Below, one piece after another: positions 11,419 to 21,798 of a DNA stretch of 64,000 bases (position 1 is the stretch's first letter; each line of letters opens with the position of its first letter). Source of the DNA: an uncultured Pelagibacteraceae bacterium (GTDB taxonomy: Bacteria > Pseudomonadota > Alphaproteobacteria > Pelagibacterales > Pelagibacteraceae); contig CACGON010000001.1 of assembly GCA_902574695.1 (NCBI GenBank), positions 189,315 through 253,314 on the forward strand. The letters run 5' to 3'. A model generated the notes under the pieces. That model searched no databases. It was given only the letters and a program-made list of their open reading frames with translations, and had not been told where the DNA came from. Position numbers and translations under genes: made by a program.

Positions 11419-11973
11419 TTTAAAAAAATATATTTTTGACAACCCATAAACTTTTTCCATAATGATATTAATTTTTTTATCAAATAAAATATTATCTTTT
11501 TTATTTCTATGTAGAATTATAATTCCATTTTTTTTTAAAATATTTGATTGATATATTAAATTTAAAAGTTCATCAATTTTACTCTCTTTAAAAGGAGGAT
11601 CTAAAAATATTAAATCAAATTTACTCACAAAATCTTTATTGCCCAATTTTACAAATATATCTTCATCAAAGACATCGATTTTTTTATCTTGATTTAACGA
11701 TTTAATGTTTTTTTTTAAAATTTTTATTGCTGGTTGATAATTTTCGCAAAAAACTACTTTTATTGCTCCCCTTGATATACACTCTAAACCAAAAGATCCA
11801 GATCCAGAAAAAAGATCTAAAACTTCAGCCTTCTCTATATCTATTTTAGCTTTATTGGAATGAATAATTAAATTGAATATGGACTCTTTAACCATATCTT
11901 TTAGAGGTCTTGTTAAATCATCAACTGGCTGGATTAATTTTTTTCCTTTATACTTTCCTGAGATAATTCTCAT
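11413..11973 (-). CDS. rsmD: 16S rRNA m2G966 methyltransferase RsmD
   Basis: MRIISGKYKG, LDLFSGSGSFGLE, DPPF. Confidence 0.94.
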   Translation of the reverse strand: MRIISGKYKGKKLIQPVDDLTRPLKDMVKESIFNLIIHSNKAKIDIEKAEVLDLFSGSGSFGLECISRGAIKVVFCENYQPAIKILKKNIKSLNQDKKIDVFDEDIFVKLGNKDFVSKFDLIFLDPPFKESKIDELLNLIYQSNILKKNGIIILHRNKKDNILFDKKINIIMEKVYGLSKIYFFKL

Positions 11974-13235
11974 AATTCAGTAACTTTGTAACCAATATCT
12001 TTTCTGTAAAAACCATCTTTCCAATTAATTTTATTGAGTATTTCTAATGCCTCTTTTTTACTTTTTTTAAATGAGTCAGATGTCACAACAATATTTAAAA
12101 CTCTGCCACCAAAAGCATAAAAATTATTATTAATATATTTTGTACCTGCATGAATTACATACTGTCCTTTTTGAATTTCCAAATTTGAAATATTTTCTAA
12201 AATAATATTTTTCTTATAATTATCCGGGTATCCGTTTGAACATAAAACAATACATAAACTTTTTTTATCTAACCATTCAATTTTTTGAGAATTCAGATCT
12301 CTATTACAACAAGAAATAACGATTTGTCCAAAGTCTGTTTTCAACAAAGGTAGAATTGTTTGACACTCTGGATCTCCCATTCTTACATTGTATTCTATTA
12401 AATATGGTTCATTTTTAACAATCATTAGCCCCACATAAAGAAACCCCAAATATTCTGTATTAAGTTCTTTCAGACCTTGTAAAGTAGGTTCAATAATTTT
12501 TTTTTTAATTTTTTCTTCTAATATTTTGTTATTTAGTCTTGAAGGAGAATATGCTCCCATACCCCCAGTGTTTGGGCCAGTGTCTCCCTCTCCAACTCTT
12601 TTATGATCTTGGGCTGTTTGAAATGATTTATATTTAATACCATCACATATTATAAAATAACTCATTTCTTCACCTTTTAAAAATTCTTCAACAAGTACCG
12701 ATTTAGCTTTACCAAACTTTCCATTAAATATTTCTATCACAGCCTTTTTGGAGTCATTTTTTGTTTTACAGATATAAACTCCTTTTCCTGAAGCAAGTCC
12801 GTCAGCTTTTATTACTATAGGATAATTTGATTTATCTAAATATTTTAGAGCAGTATCTTGCGTTTCAAATATTTCAAATTTAGAGGTTGGAATTTTAAAC
12901 TTTTTACAAAGTTTTTTAGTAAAAATTTTTGATCCTTCAAGTTGAGATGCAATTTTACTAGGACCAAATACTTTAATATCTGTTTCTTTAAAAAAATCTT
13001 TAATACCATTTACAAGCTGTTTTTCTGGACCAATAACTAATAAGTTTATATTTTTTTCTGTACATTTTTTTTTAATTTCATCAAAATTATCAATATCTAT
13101 TTCAATATTTTCTGCAATTAAAGCAGTTCCAGCGTTACCAGGTAAACAATAAATTTTATTAATAAAATTTGACTGTTTTAACTTTAAACATAAAGCGTGT
13201 TCGCGTCCACCACTTCCAATAATTCCAATATTCAT
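11970..13235 (-). CDS. purD: Phosphoribosylamine--glycine ligase
   Basis: GSGGREHAL, KADGLASGKGV, QDHKR, NTGGMGAY, EYNVRMGDPE. Confidence 0.98.
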   Translation of the reverse strand: MNIGIIGSGGREHALCLKLKQSNFINKIYCLPGNAGTALIAENIEIDIDNFDEIKKKCTEKNINLLVIGPEKQLVNGIKDFFKETDIKVFGPSKIASQLEGSKIFTKKLCKKFKIPTSKFEIFETQDTALKYLDKSNYPIVIKADGLASGKGVYICKTKNDSKKAVIEIFNGKFGKAKSVLVEEFLKGEEMSYFIICDGIKYKSFQTAQDHKRVGEGDTGPNTGGMGAYSPSRLNNKILEEKIKKKIIEPTLQGLKELNTEYLGFLYVGLMIVKNEPYLIEYNVRMGDPECQTILPLLKTDFGQIVISCCNRDLNSQKIEWLDKKSLCIVLCSNGYPDNYKKNIILENISNLEIQKGQYVIHAGTKYINNNFYAFGGRVLNIVVTSDSFKKSKKEALEILNKINWKDGFYRKDIGYKVTEL

Positions 13236-13261
13236 ATATATATATTTTATATAACTAAATT

Positions 13262-13450
13262 ATGAAAAATAAATTAGCTAAATTAAAATATTTACCAAAC
13301 AACTTTGAAATTCTTGAACCTGGCGATCATGTAATATGCGCAGTTTCTAACAAAAAAATACCTTTAGAGAGTTTATCTTATTGGAATGTAGAGGACCAGG
13401 AGCCTTATTATTCATATATTGAGGCTTCTTTAAAAAAAGAAAAAAATTAA
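13262..13450 (+). CDS. DUF2093 family small protein
   Basis: PGDHVICAVS..IPL..L.YWNV..QEPY pattern; alphaproteobacterial neighbour of lpxK/purD. Confidence 0.82.
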   Translation: MKNKLAKLKYLPNNFEILEPGDHVICAVSNKKIPLESLSYWNVEDQEPYYSYIEASLKKEKN

Positions 13451-13452
13451 AA

Positions 13453-14316
13453 TTACAATTTCCACCTATTATGAGTTAAAATCCACTGATCTGGGTTTTT
13501 TAAAATCATTTTTTCAAGATAATAGTTCAATTGTTGCGTAATATTTTCCAAGGTTTCATCTTTTTTGAAATAGATAGGTTTATTTATTACAATTTGGAAA
13601 TTATGACTATTAACTCTTTCTATATATATATTAATAACTGGACAATTAAATTTCTTTACTAATTGCGCTGGTATGGTGGTGGTATAAGCTTTTTGACCAA
13701 ATAATTCAGATTGAATACCCTCAGTTACTCTTTGGTCAATCATTAAAGCTATTGATACATTTCTTTTTATTAGCTTCAAAATATCTCTTGTACCAGATAT
13801 CCCTTTTTTAATTTGAATTTTACATATATTTTCTTTCCTTATTCTTTCCATAGTATTGTTCAAAAAAAAATTATTTAAAGGTCTATAAATTGCACCCAGA
13901 TTTATACCATGTTTTTCAATTTGCATTGCCATCAATTCGAAGTTACTGAAATGACCCGAGATAAATACCACTGGGATATTCTTTTTCTTTACTTCATCCA
14001 AATATTCTGATCCCAGAATATTAATATACTTATCTAAACTACCATATCTAAAATCTTTTAAAAAAACGTACTCCGATAATATTCTCCCATAATTACCCCA
14101 CATATTTTTAATTATAGGTTTCAAATTTTCATTCTTTAAATCAGGAAGTATCAAACTGATATTTTTTTTAATAATTTCTTCTGATTTAAATAATGGACCA
14201 ATTTTTTCTCCAACCAATCTTCCAAGATTAGATGCTTTTTTATATCCAATAAGTCTAAAAATAAAAAAAAATATTTTGATAAATATATACTGTAAAAAAT
14301 AATTAAAAATTTTCAT
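13453..14316 (-). CDS. lpxL: Lipid A acyltransferase (LpxL/HtrB family)
   Basis: GHFSNFE, DQ and PDQWILTHNRWK motifs; in the lipid A cluster. Confidence 0.88.
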   Translation of the reverse strand: MKIFNYFLQYIFIKIFFFIFRLIGYKKASNLGRLVGEKIGPLFKSEEIIKKNISLILPDLKNENLKPIIKNMWGNYGRILSEYVFLKDFRYGSLDKYINILGSEYLDEVKKKNIPVVFISGHFSNFELMAMQIEKHGINLGAIYRPLNNFFLNNTMERIRKENICKIQIKKGISGTRDILKLIKRNVSIALMIDQRVTEGIQSELFGQKAYTTTIPAQLVKKFNCPVINIYIERVNSHNFQIVINKPIYFKKDETLENITQQLNYYLEKMILKNPDQWILTHNRWKL

Positions 14317-15251
14317 TTTTCTTCTTTTAAAAAATTAACAAATTTCTCTTCGTTTAATATTTTAAGATCAAGTTTTACAAAAGATATTTCTTTTTGGTAT
14401 TTATTATCTATTTTGGAATAGTCTTTTTCTGTTGTCATCACTTTTAAATTTTTATTTTTAGCATAATTTAAAATATTTGTTAAATCAGCTTCTCTATAAA
14501 TATAATGATCAGGAAAAATATATTCTTTTTCAATTTTGAAATTATTTTTTTTTAATATTTTTAAAAAATTTGTAGGATTTGCAATTGCTGAAAAAATAAC
14601 ATAATGTGAATCTACCTTAAGTTCGCTGAAGTTAGATATCTCATAATCTGTTTCAAATATTTCTAAGTCTTTTTTTATTTTTTTTACCTCATTAATTATA
14701 TTTTTATTTTTAGAGGTATCGCCATTAATTACAACTGCATCATACTTTAGAATTGAATTTATTTTTTCCCTTAAGGGTCCTGCAGGAATAATCAAACCAT
14801 TTCCAATCCATTGCATATTACTAAAACAAACAATTTTTAAGTCGTAGTTTATCGATTTATCTTGCAACCCATCATCAAATATTGCGTATTGGAATTTACT
14901 TAAAAGAGCCTCATCAAGCGCGTCTAGTCTTTTTTTTTTGCAAATGAGATTTGAATATTTTTTTATCAGATTTTGCTCATCAATTTGATTATGATAAAAT
15001 TTTTTAATTATTGTAGATTTTAAATTATTAGATTTTAACAGGTTGTTTGATTTGATTGCTAAAGGAGTTTTTCCTGTTCCCCCAACATAGATATTTCCTA
15101 TACAAACTGTTTTTATATTTTTTATTTTTTTTTGTACCCTAAAAGACTTCAAAAAATTACTAATTAAAATAGGAAGTGTAAATGGAAGAAGTAAAAATGC
15201 AACAAAATTAGGTTTTTTATAGTCCCAGAATTTCGGCTTTAAAAAATTCAT
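14313..15251 (-). CDS. lpxK: Tetraacyldisaccharide 4'-kinase
   Basis: GNIYVGGTGKTP, DDGLQ, PAGPLRE, FPDH, TTEKD. Confidence 0.96.
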   Translation of the reverse strand: MNFLKPKFWDYKKPNFVAFLLLPFTLPILISNFLKSFRVQKKIKNIKTVCIGNIYVGGTGKTPLAIKSNNLLKSNNLKSTIIKKFYHNQIDEQNLIKKYSNLICKKKRLDALDEALLSKFQYAIFDDGLQDKSINYDLKIVCFSNMQWIGNGLIIPAGPLREKINSILKYDAVVINGDTSKNKNIINEVKKIKKDLEIFETDYEISNFSELKVDSHYVIFSAIANPTNFLKILKKNNFKIEKEYIFPDHYIYREADLTNILNYAKNKNLKVMTTEKDYSKIDNKYQKEISFVKLDLKILNEEKFVNFLKEEK

Positions 15252-15253
15252 AT

Positions 15254-16495
15254 TTAAATAATTTTATTTAATTCTTTTGTAATATCCTTAAGCAATTTAG
15301 TACCTATTTTTTTTATTTTTTTATTAATTTTTACTGTTTCTTTTTTTTTATTTAACAGTTGATTAATACTTTTTTCTAGTCCAGAGGATGAATTAATTTT
15401 TTGTGAAATTCCAAATTTTTCTAGCAATTTATAAATATCCTTAAAATTCTCAACATATGGACCATTAATAATTTTACATGCATTCCTGACAGCCTCAAGA
15501 GGATTTTGTCCACCATGTTTTACAATTGATCCACCCATAAAAACAATTTTATTCAATTTGTAAAAAATTTCAGTTTCGCCATAACTGTCTACTAAATATA
15601 TATCTATATTATTAGAAATTCTTTTTTTCCAACTATGGCAATGAAATTTAAGTTCATATTTATTCATTAATTCTATTAGCTCATCCTTCCGTTCTATATG
15701 TCTTGGTATAATAATACTTACAAATTTTTTATTCTCTTTTTTAAGTTTTTTATGTAAATTAAAACAAGTTTCTTCCTCACCGTTATGCGTTGAGGCTGCA
15801 CACCAAAAAAGTTTATCGCTAAAAAAATTCTCAATATGCAATGGAACTTTGATTATTGAATTTTTTTGTATAAACTTTAAATTTGTTATCAGTTTTATAT
15901 TTTTTACACCAAAAAATTTTAAATAAAGTTCGGTTTCTTTATTGCATGGAAAAGTCAGATCAAAGCATTTAAAAATACTTTTAGAAAAATTCCTAAATAT
16001 CTTCCATCTTTTAAATGATTTTTTTGTAATTCTTGCGTTTAGCAGTAAGGTTGGAACATTATTTTTTTTTAAATTAATTAACATGTTTGGCCATATTTCT
16101 GAGTCTATAAAAATAGCTACGGATGGCCTCCAATAATGTAAAAATTTTTTTGAAATAAAATTAGTATCTATTGGAAAAAATTGATGAACTGTTTTCTTAA
16201 ATTTAAAATTTCCAAATACTTTTGAAGAGCTAACTGTAGAAGTTGTTACTAATATTTGGTCAATATTTTTATTTTTTTCCAATTTTTCTATAAGTGGAAT
16301 GACACTTAATAGCTCACCAACACTAGCCCCATGAAACCATACCAATTTTTTTTTAAATTTTTTTTTTGAAAAAAATGTAAATTTTTCTTTAAATCTGTAA
16401 AAATTTTCTTTTTTTTTAATTAATCTAAAAACTATGATAAAAGGTGAAATAATAAGTACTAAATTTATTAAAATTCTATAGATAAAGAGTGGCAT
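15254..16495 (-). CDS. waaA: Kdo transferase
   Basis: WFHGASVGE, SEIWPN, ASTH, PRH, GGQNPLE. Confidence 0.96.
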   Translation of the reverse strand: MPLFIYRILINLVLIISPFIIVFRLIKKKENFYRFKEKFTFFSKKKFKKKLVWFHGASVGELLSVIPLIEKLEKNKNIDQILVTTSTVSSSKVFGNFKFKKTVHQFFPIDTNFISKKFLHYWRPSVAIFIDSEIWPNMLINLKKNNVPTLLLNARITKKSFKRWKIFRNFSKSIFKCFDLTFPCNKETELYLKFFGVKNIKLITNLKFIQKNSIIKVPLHIENFFSDKLFWCAASTHNGEEETCFNLHKKLKKENKKFVSIIIPRHIERKDELIELMNKYELKFHCHSWKKRISNNIDIYLVDSYGETEIFYKLNKIVFMGGSIVKHGGQNPLEAVRNACKIINGPYVENFKDIYKLLEKFGISQKINSSSGLEKSINQLLNKKKETVKINKKIKKIGTKLLKDITKELNKII

Positions 16496-18234
16496 CAATT
16501 TTTTTTGATTTGTTTATCATAAAAATTTTTATAAACACTTGAGTTAGTCATAAGTTGTTCGTGAGACCCTTCAGCTATAATTGCTCCATTATCAATTACA
16601 AAAATTTTATTAGAATTAAGAATTGTTGATAGTCTATGAGCGATTACAATTGTTGTTTTATCTTTTGTTAATAAGCTCATCGCTTCCTGAATCTTATTTT
16701 CAGTTTCTGAATCAAGTGATGAAGTTGCTTCATCCAGAAGAATAATTGGTGATTTTTTCAACATAGCTCTAGCTATTGATAATCTTTGTTTTTCTCCTCC
16801 AGATAGTCTTAGACCATTTTCACCTATCAATGTTTCATACTTTTTGGGTAAATTTTCAATGAAGGAAGCTGCAAAAGATTTTTTTGCAGCAATTTTAATT
16901 TCTTCCTCTGTAGCACTAGGGTTGGCGTATAAAATATTATTTTTTATTGTATCATCAAAGAGCGTAATATCTTGTGTTACAATAGATATATTTTTTCTTA
17001 AGTCTTCTATCTTTAACGAATAAATTGATTGTCCATCAATCAAAATATCACCAGAGTTACAATCGTAAAATCTAGGAATTAAATTTAAAAGAGATGATTT
17101 TCCTGCCCCACTATGGCCCACTAAAGCTGACATTTTTCCACCATTAAATTTTAAATTAATATCTTTCAAAATCAAATCTCCACTGCTCTCGTATTGAAAG
17201 TCACATTTTTTGAATATTATTTCACAATCAGAGATATTAAGTTTTTTGGCGCTCTCGTTATCTTTTATTTTATTTTGGATATCTATAATTGGAATAATTC
17301 TTCTAGCAGCAGCTAAACCTTGATTAATACCAATGTTTAGCGTAGCTAAAGATCTAACTGGTTGATATGCAAGCATCATCGCAGCTAAAAATGAAAAAAA
17401 GTTGTTAATACTTAATTCTCCACTAATTATTAATTTTCCAGAATAGTAAATTAAAAATGCAATCATTACTCCTGTAAGAGGCTCCATGATTGCAGTTGCC
17501 CGTGTGAAAACAACTGCTATTTTTTTTGATTTTTCTTTAAATTCAAATAAAAATTTACTCGATCTCTTCATTTCAAAATTTTCTCTTTGAAATATTTTTA
17601 TGAGTTTGTGATTCCTAAATATTTCCATTAAATAAGTGGAAACTTCTCCAGCTTTATATGCTGCTTCAGTAGTTACTTTACCTATTCTTTTTCCTAGACT
17701 TTTTGCTGCTAACGTTGCTAGGGGGAGCATTATTATTGCTATTAATGATAATTTCCAATTCTGGTAAAACATTACAAACAAAAGACCCATAAGAGTTAAT
17801 GTATCTTTAAACAAATTTAAAACAGTGGTAGAAACTAGATTTGTTATATAACTGGTATCATTTGTTATATTTGCTAAAAATTTTCCAGTATGTTTACCAT
17901 CTATAAAACTAGTATCAGCTTTTATCAAAGATTTTACCATATCGTCTTGAATTTCTTTCTTTAAATCTTCACCCACTCCAATCATTAAAACTCTTGCGGC
18001 ATAAAGGGAAAAACCTTTTGCACAAAAAGCCAAAATTATTAGTCCTGGAATAATTAAAATTAAACTTTGGTCTTTTTCTACAAAAATCTTTTTTATAGCA
18101 GGATCAAGCAAGTAGGCAATTGATGAAGTCGCACCAGCAACAACCAAAGAAAAAACTAAAGATAGAAAAATTTTACCTAAATAATTTTTCGTATAATCTT
18201 TATAAAGTCTTTTAATTATATCAAAATTGCTCAT
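16495..18234 (-). CDS. msbA: Lipid A export ABC transporter, MsbA family
   Basis: TMD plus NBD (GHSGAGKS, LSGGEKQR, LDEATS); upstream of waaA. Confidence 0.88.
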   Translation of the reverse strand: MSNFDIIKRLYKDYTKNYLGKIFLSLVFSLVVAGATSSIAYLLDPAIKKIFVEKDQSLILIIPGLIILAFCAKGFSLYAARVLMIGVGEDLKKEIQDDMVKSLIKADTSFIDGKHTGKFLANITNDTSYITNLVSTTVLNLFKDTLTLMGLLFVMFYQNWKLSLIAIIMLPLATLAAKSLGKRIGKVTTEAAYKAGEVSTYLMEIFRNHKLIKIFQRENFEMKRSSKFLFEFKEKSKKIAVVFTRATAIMEPLTGVMIAFLIYYSGKLIISGELSINNFFSFLAAMMLAYQPVRSLATLNIGINQGLAAARRIIPIIDIQNKIKDNESAKKLNISDCEIIFKKCDFQYESSGDLILKDINLKFNGGKMSALVGHSGAGKSSLLNLIPRFYDCNSGDILIDGQSIYSLKIEDLRKNISIVTQDITLFDDTIKNNILYANPSATEEEIKIAAKKSFAASFIENLPKKYETLIGENGLRLSGGEKQRLSIARAMLKKSPIILLDEATSSLDSETENKIQEAMSLLTKDKTTIVIAHRLSTILNSNKIFVIDNGAIIAEGSHEQLMTNSSVYKNFYDKQIKKN

Positions 18235-19100
18235 ATTATTATTTTTCCAATTAATAAATTTAAAAAAATTATAAACCCTAAAAAATTATTAGATTTAAAA
18301 ATTTTTAAACAATTTACTTGGTCATAAATTTTCAAACTATTTGTTTGGTATAAAAATAAGTGCATGATAATTAAAGTAATTCCACCATAATATATTTTGT
18401 TAAATGCAAAATGAATTCCCAAATAAATAAGCACTAAAGTAAACACTAAGTAACATACAAAAATAAATAGTTTTGGATTATTTTTAAATTTTATTGATGT
18501 TGATTTTACTCCTATTATTTCATCATCTTTAATATCTTGATATCCATATATTGTGTCGTATCCTAATGTCCAAAATATGGCTCCAATATAAAAAATTATT
18601 ATTATTGGCTCTATATCAATATTTATCGATGCCCACCCCAGAATAAGACCATAGTTAAATGTGATTCCTAAAAAAAGTTGCGGCCAATATGTAAACCTCT
18701 TCATATACGGATACAAAAATGCAAGTGGCATCGATGCTAAAGCAATCAATATTGTGAAAGTGTTGAATTGAATTAAAACAATAAACGCAAGCCCACAAAG
18801 AATGGATGAAAAAAAAAGAGCAGTTTTTACATTTATGACTCCAGAAGCAATCGGCCGATTTTTTGTTCTCTCCACTTTTGCGTCAAAATCACGATCGACT
18901 ATATCATTGATTATACATCCAGCTGATCTCATCAAAACTGCTCCCAAAAAAAATAATAAAAGATATTTTAAATAAATTTTAATATCATTGTTATAATTGT
19001 AGGCGATTGTTAACCCCCACAAACATGGCCAGAATAGCAACATGTAACCTATAGGTTTTTTAATCCTTGTAAGCTCGATAAAATTAATTAGTACTTTCAT
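18231..19100 (-). CDS. ubiA: 4-hydroxybenzoate polyprenyltransferase
   Basis: RSAGCIINDIVDRDFD..V.RT..RP, YDTIYGYQD. Confidence 0.96.
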   Translation of the reverse strand: MKVLINFIELTRIKKPIGYMLLFWPCLWGLTIAYNYNNDIKIYLKYLLLFFLGAVLMRSAGCIINDIVDRDFDAKVERTKNRPIASGVINVKTALFFSSILCGLAFIVLIQFNTFTILIALASMPLAFLYPYMKRFTYWPQLFLGITFNYGLILGWASINIDIEPIIIIFYIGAIFWTLGYDTIYGYQDIKDDEIIGVKSTSIKFKNNPKLFIFVCYLVFTLVLIYLGIHFAFNKIYYGGITLIIMHLFLYQTNSLKIYDQVNCLKIFKSNNFLGFIIFLNLLIGKIII

Positions 19101-19110
19101 TAGAATTTAC

Positions 19111-19139
19111 TTGTAAATAGCAAAGGCTAGTTTCATAAT
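19111..19139 (+). promoter_or_regulatory. Putative sigma70 promoter of the DUF2721 gene
   Basis: TTGTAA-N17-CATAAT ending 14 nt before ATG 19154. Confidence 0.45.
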
Positions 19140-19153
19140 CAAACTGATTCGTT

Positions 19154-19558
19154 ATGAATATAGATTATACTGTAACAGCATTAATGTTTCCTGCTATTCC
19201 GTTACTGATGAGTGTGTACAGCAATAGATTCCATACTTTAAGCAAACTAATTAGAGAGCTTCATGATGAGCATGTATATGAAAAACATATTCCCCCAGAA
19301 TGGAAAAAACAATTTATAAATCTAAGTAAAAGAATATCTATTTTGAGATGGACAATTATGTTTGCTGCATTTGGCTTCTTATTTAATATGCTTACTGTAT
19401 TCGCCCTGTATTTAGATACTTTATTTATTGCTAGAGTTATATTTGGATCTTGTTGCTTATCTATGATTATCTCAATTATTTTCTTTATAAAAGAAATTCA
19501 GATTTCAACAAGTGCATTGAATTTACATATGTCCGATATGGACGTTCACATAGACTAA
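19154..19558 (+). CDS. DUF2721 family membrane protein
   Basis: PAIPLLMSVYSNRF..L..LIRELH and EIQIST.AL..H..D pattern. Confidence 0.75.
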   Translation: MNIDYTVTALMFPAIPLLMSVYSNRFHTLSKLIRELHDEHVYEKHIPPEWKKQFINLSKRISILRWTIMFAAFGFLFNMLTVFALYLDTLFIARVIFGSCCLSMIISIIFFIKEIQISTSALNLHMSDMDVHID

Positions 19559-20529
19559 TTAGGTATTATTACTGCAGGCCCAATTAATTTTCTTGCCTCT
19601 AAATCCTCATGCGCATTCTTTACTTGATCAAGAGAGTATTTTTTTGAAATTTCTATTTTAATTTTTTTAGCTAGCACTGCATCAAACACTTTTTTAGCAG
19701 AATCTTCTAACTCTTTTCTTGTTACAGTGTAGTGAGCAATTGACGGTCTTGTAAAAAAAAGTCCTTTTGCATTTATGTGTTTTTTAACATCAATTGTATG
19801 AACATATCCCGATGCATTTCCAAATGCTACCATCATACCTCTTATTTTTAAGCATTCTATTGAACCTTCAAAAGTTTTTTGACCAACACCGTCATAAACT
19901 ACATCAATACTATTTTTTCCAATTATTTTTTCCACCTCTTCAACAAAATTTTTTTCACTATAATTAATTACATGATGACACCCATTTTTTTTTGCAATAT
20001 TTACCTTTTCTTTTGATCCTACAGTACCTATTACTTCACAACCTAAAGAGTTTGCCCACTGACACAAAATTTGTCCAACACCACCCGCAGCTGCATGAAA
20101 TAAAACTTTATCCCCTTTTTTTGCTTGAAAGCTACGATGTAGCAAATATTCAGCAGTCATTCCTTTTAACACTATGCAAGAAGCTACTTCATTAGAGACT
20201 CCATCTGGTACACTAACAAGTTTTTCTTGAGGCATAATTTGTTTTTCTGAATATGCACCTATTGGCATTGAAGCATGACTAACTCTATCTCCAACTTTAA
20301 ATAAGTTAACTCCTGATCCAACTTCCTCAATAATTCCACAAGCTTCTAAGCCAATTCCACTTGGTAATGGAATTGGATATAGACCAGTTCGATGGTATAC
20401 ATCAATATAGTTAAGACCAATTGATAAATTTTTTATTAAAACTTCATTAGGACCCGGTTTACCAATTTCGACAGTCTTTATTTCCAAAACTTCTGGTCCA
20501 CCAAATTTTTTTATTTCTATAACCTTCAT
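19555..20529 (-). CDS. qor: NADPH:quinone oxidoreductase (zeta-crystallin/MDR family)
   Basis: GLNYIDVYHRTGLYP, HAAAGGVG, YDGVG, FGNASG, TRPS. Confidence 0.92.
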   Translation of the reverse strand: MKVIEIKKFGGPEVLEIKTVEIGKPGPNEVLIKNLSIGLNYIDVYHRTGLYPIPLPSGIGLEACGIIEEVGSGVNLFKVGDRVSHASMPIGAYSEKQIMPQEKLVSVPDGVSNEVASCIVLKGMTAEYLLHRSFQAKKGDKVLFHAAAGGVGQILCQWANSLGCEVIGTVGSKEKVNIAKKNGCHHVINYSEKNFVEEVEKIIGKNSIDVVYDGVGQKTFEGSIECLKIRGMMVAFGNASGYVHTIDVKKHINAKGLFFTRPSIAHYTVTRKELEDSAKKVFDAVLAKKIKIEISKKYSLDQVKNAHEDLEARKLIGPAVIIPN

Positions 20530-20531
20530 AA

Positions 20532-21368
20532 TTATTTTACAAATTTACCATTATGATAGTCATTTATCGCTTCTAAAATTTCTGCTTTTGTATTCATCAC
20601 AAAAGGACCCCCTCTAGCAATTTTTTCTCCAATTGGCTTTCCAGAAATAAATAAAAAATTTGATTTTATTAACGATCGAACTTTTAATTTAGATCCTTTT
20701 GTAAGTAATACTAGTTTTGAGTTTGTAATTTTTTCGTGACTTTTTTCACCTACTGTAATTTCCCCATTTATTAAGTAGATAAAAGAATTATGTGTTTCAG
20801 GTAAATTAAAATTTAAAGTTTTATCCTTATTAAGAACTACATCAAAATAAATAGGATCAACATTATGTTTATTGACTGGTCCTTCAGTATCAAGAAATTT
20901 GCCTGCAATCACTTTAACTGTTTTTTCAGTATCCTTATGAATTTTCATTTTATCAGAATCTATGTAAATATATTCTGGTTTACTCATCTTTAATTTTGCT
21001 GGCATATTTATCCACAGCTGAAAACCATGAAGCTTCCCTTCTTTCATTGCCGGCATCTCAGAATGAATAATACCACTCCCAGTCTTCATCCATTGAACAT
21101 CACCAGACGTCATTCTACCCTTTCCACCAGTACTATCTTTATGTTCGAAATCACCAGACAACATATACGTGACGGTCTCGATACCTCTATGTGGATGGGG
21201 TGGAAACCCTCCAATATAATCGTCTTTATTTTCTGATCCAAATTCATCAAGCATTAAAAAAGGATCAAGGTAATCTGGGTCAACTCCAATACTTCTTTTA
21301 AGCTTCACCCCTGCTCCATCAGAGGAAAGAATTGGATCAACTATTCTTTCAACATCAATCTGCTTCAC
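20532..21368 (-). CDS. Pirin family protein
   Basis: DPFLMLDEF, GFPPHPHRGIETVTY, GIIHSE, FQLWINMP, GPFVMNT; GTG start. Confidence 0.95.
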   Translation of the reverse strand: MKQIDVERIVDPILSSDGAGVKLKRSIGVDPDYLDPFLMLDEFGSENKDDYIGGFPPHPHRGIETVTYMLSGDFEHKDSTGGKGRMTSGDVQWMKTGSGIIHSEMPAMKEGKLHGFQLWINMPAKLKMSKPEYIYIDSDKMKIHKDTEKTVKVIAGKFLDTEGPVNKHNVDPIYFDVVLNKDKTLNFNLPETHNSFIYLINGEITVGEKSHEKITNSKLVLLTKGSKLKVRSLIKSNFLFISGKPIGEKIARGGPFVMNTKAEILEAINDYHNGKFVK

Positions 21369-21369
21369 T

Positions 21370-21780
21370 TTAAGATCTATTTCCTTTAATTAAAAAATAT
21401 AAACCACCTATAAAAAGAAAAATTTGCTCACTTGTGAAAAGTTTAGTGGTAATGAACCAATCTGAATGAGCTATAGCAAATATATTTATCATCATGATAA
21501 AAATAGTAAAACCTGCTAATCTAGTTATTAAATTACCATAAGGATTTTTAATAAATCCACCAACAATTAAAGCAACTCCTGCTGAAACCTCTGAAATAGC
21601 TACAAACGAAGCTAGTACAGGAGATAAATCAAAATATTCTATTAAACCCTGTGGTGGTAATGGAAATTTGTTTAGTCCATGAATTAAAAAAGCTATGGCT
21701 ATTACAAATCTAAATAGTAATGATGCCAACGCCTCGAAATTTGAAAAAAAATTATTTATTTTATTAATTAAATTTTCCAT
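21370..21780 (-). CDS. DoxX family membrane protein
   Basis: LFR...FLIHG..K, E...G..LI.G, TRLA, H motifs. Confidence 0.85.
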   Translation of the reverse strand: MENLINKINNFFSNFEALASLLFRFVIAIAFLIHGLNKFPLPPQGLIEYFDLSPVLASFVAISEVSAGVALIVGGFIKNPYGNLITRLAGFTIFIMMINIFAIAHSDWFITTKLFTSEQIFLFIGGLYFLIKGNRS

Positions 21781-21798
21781 TATCTTAAAATAGTTTCT

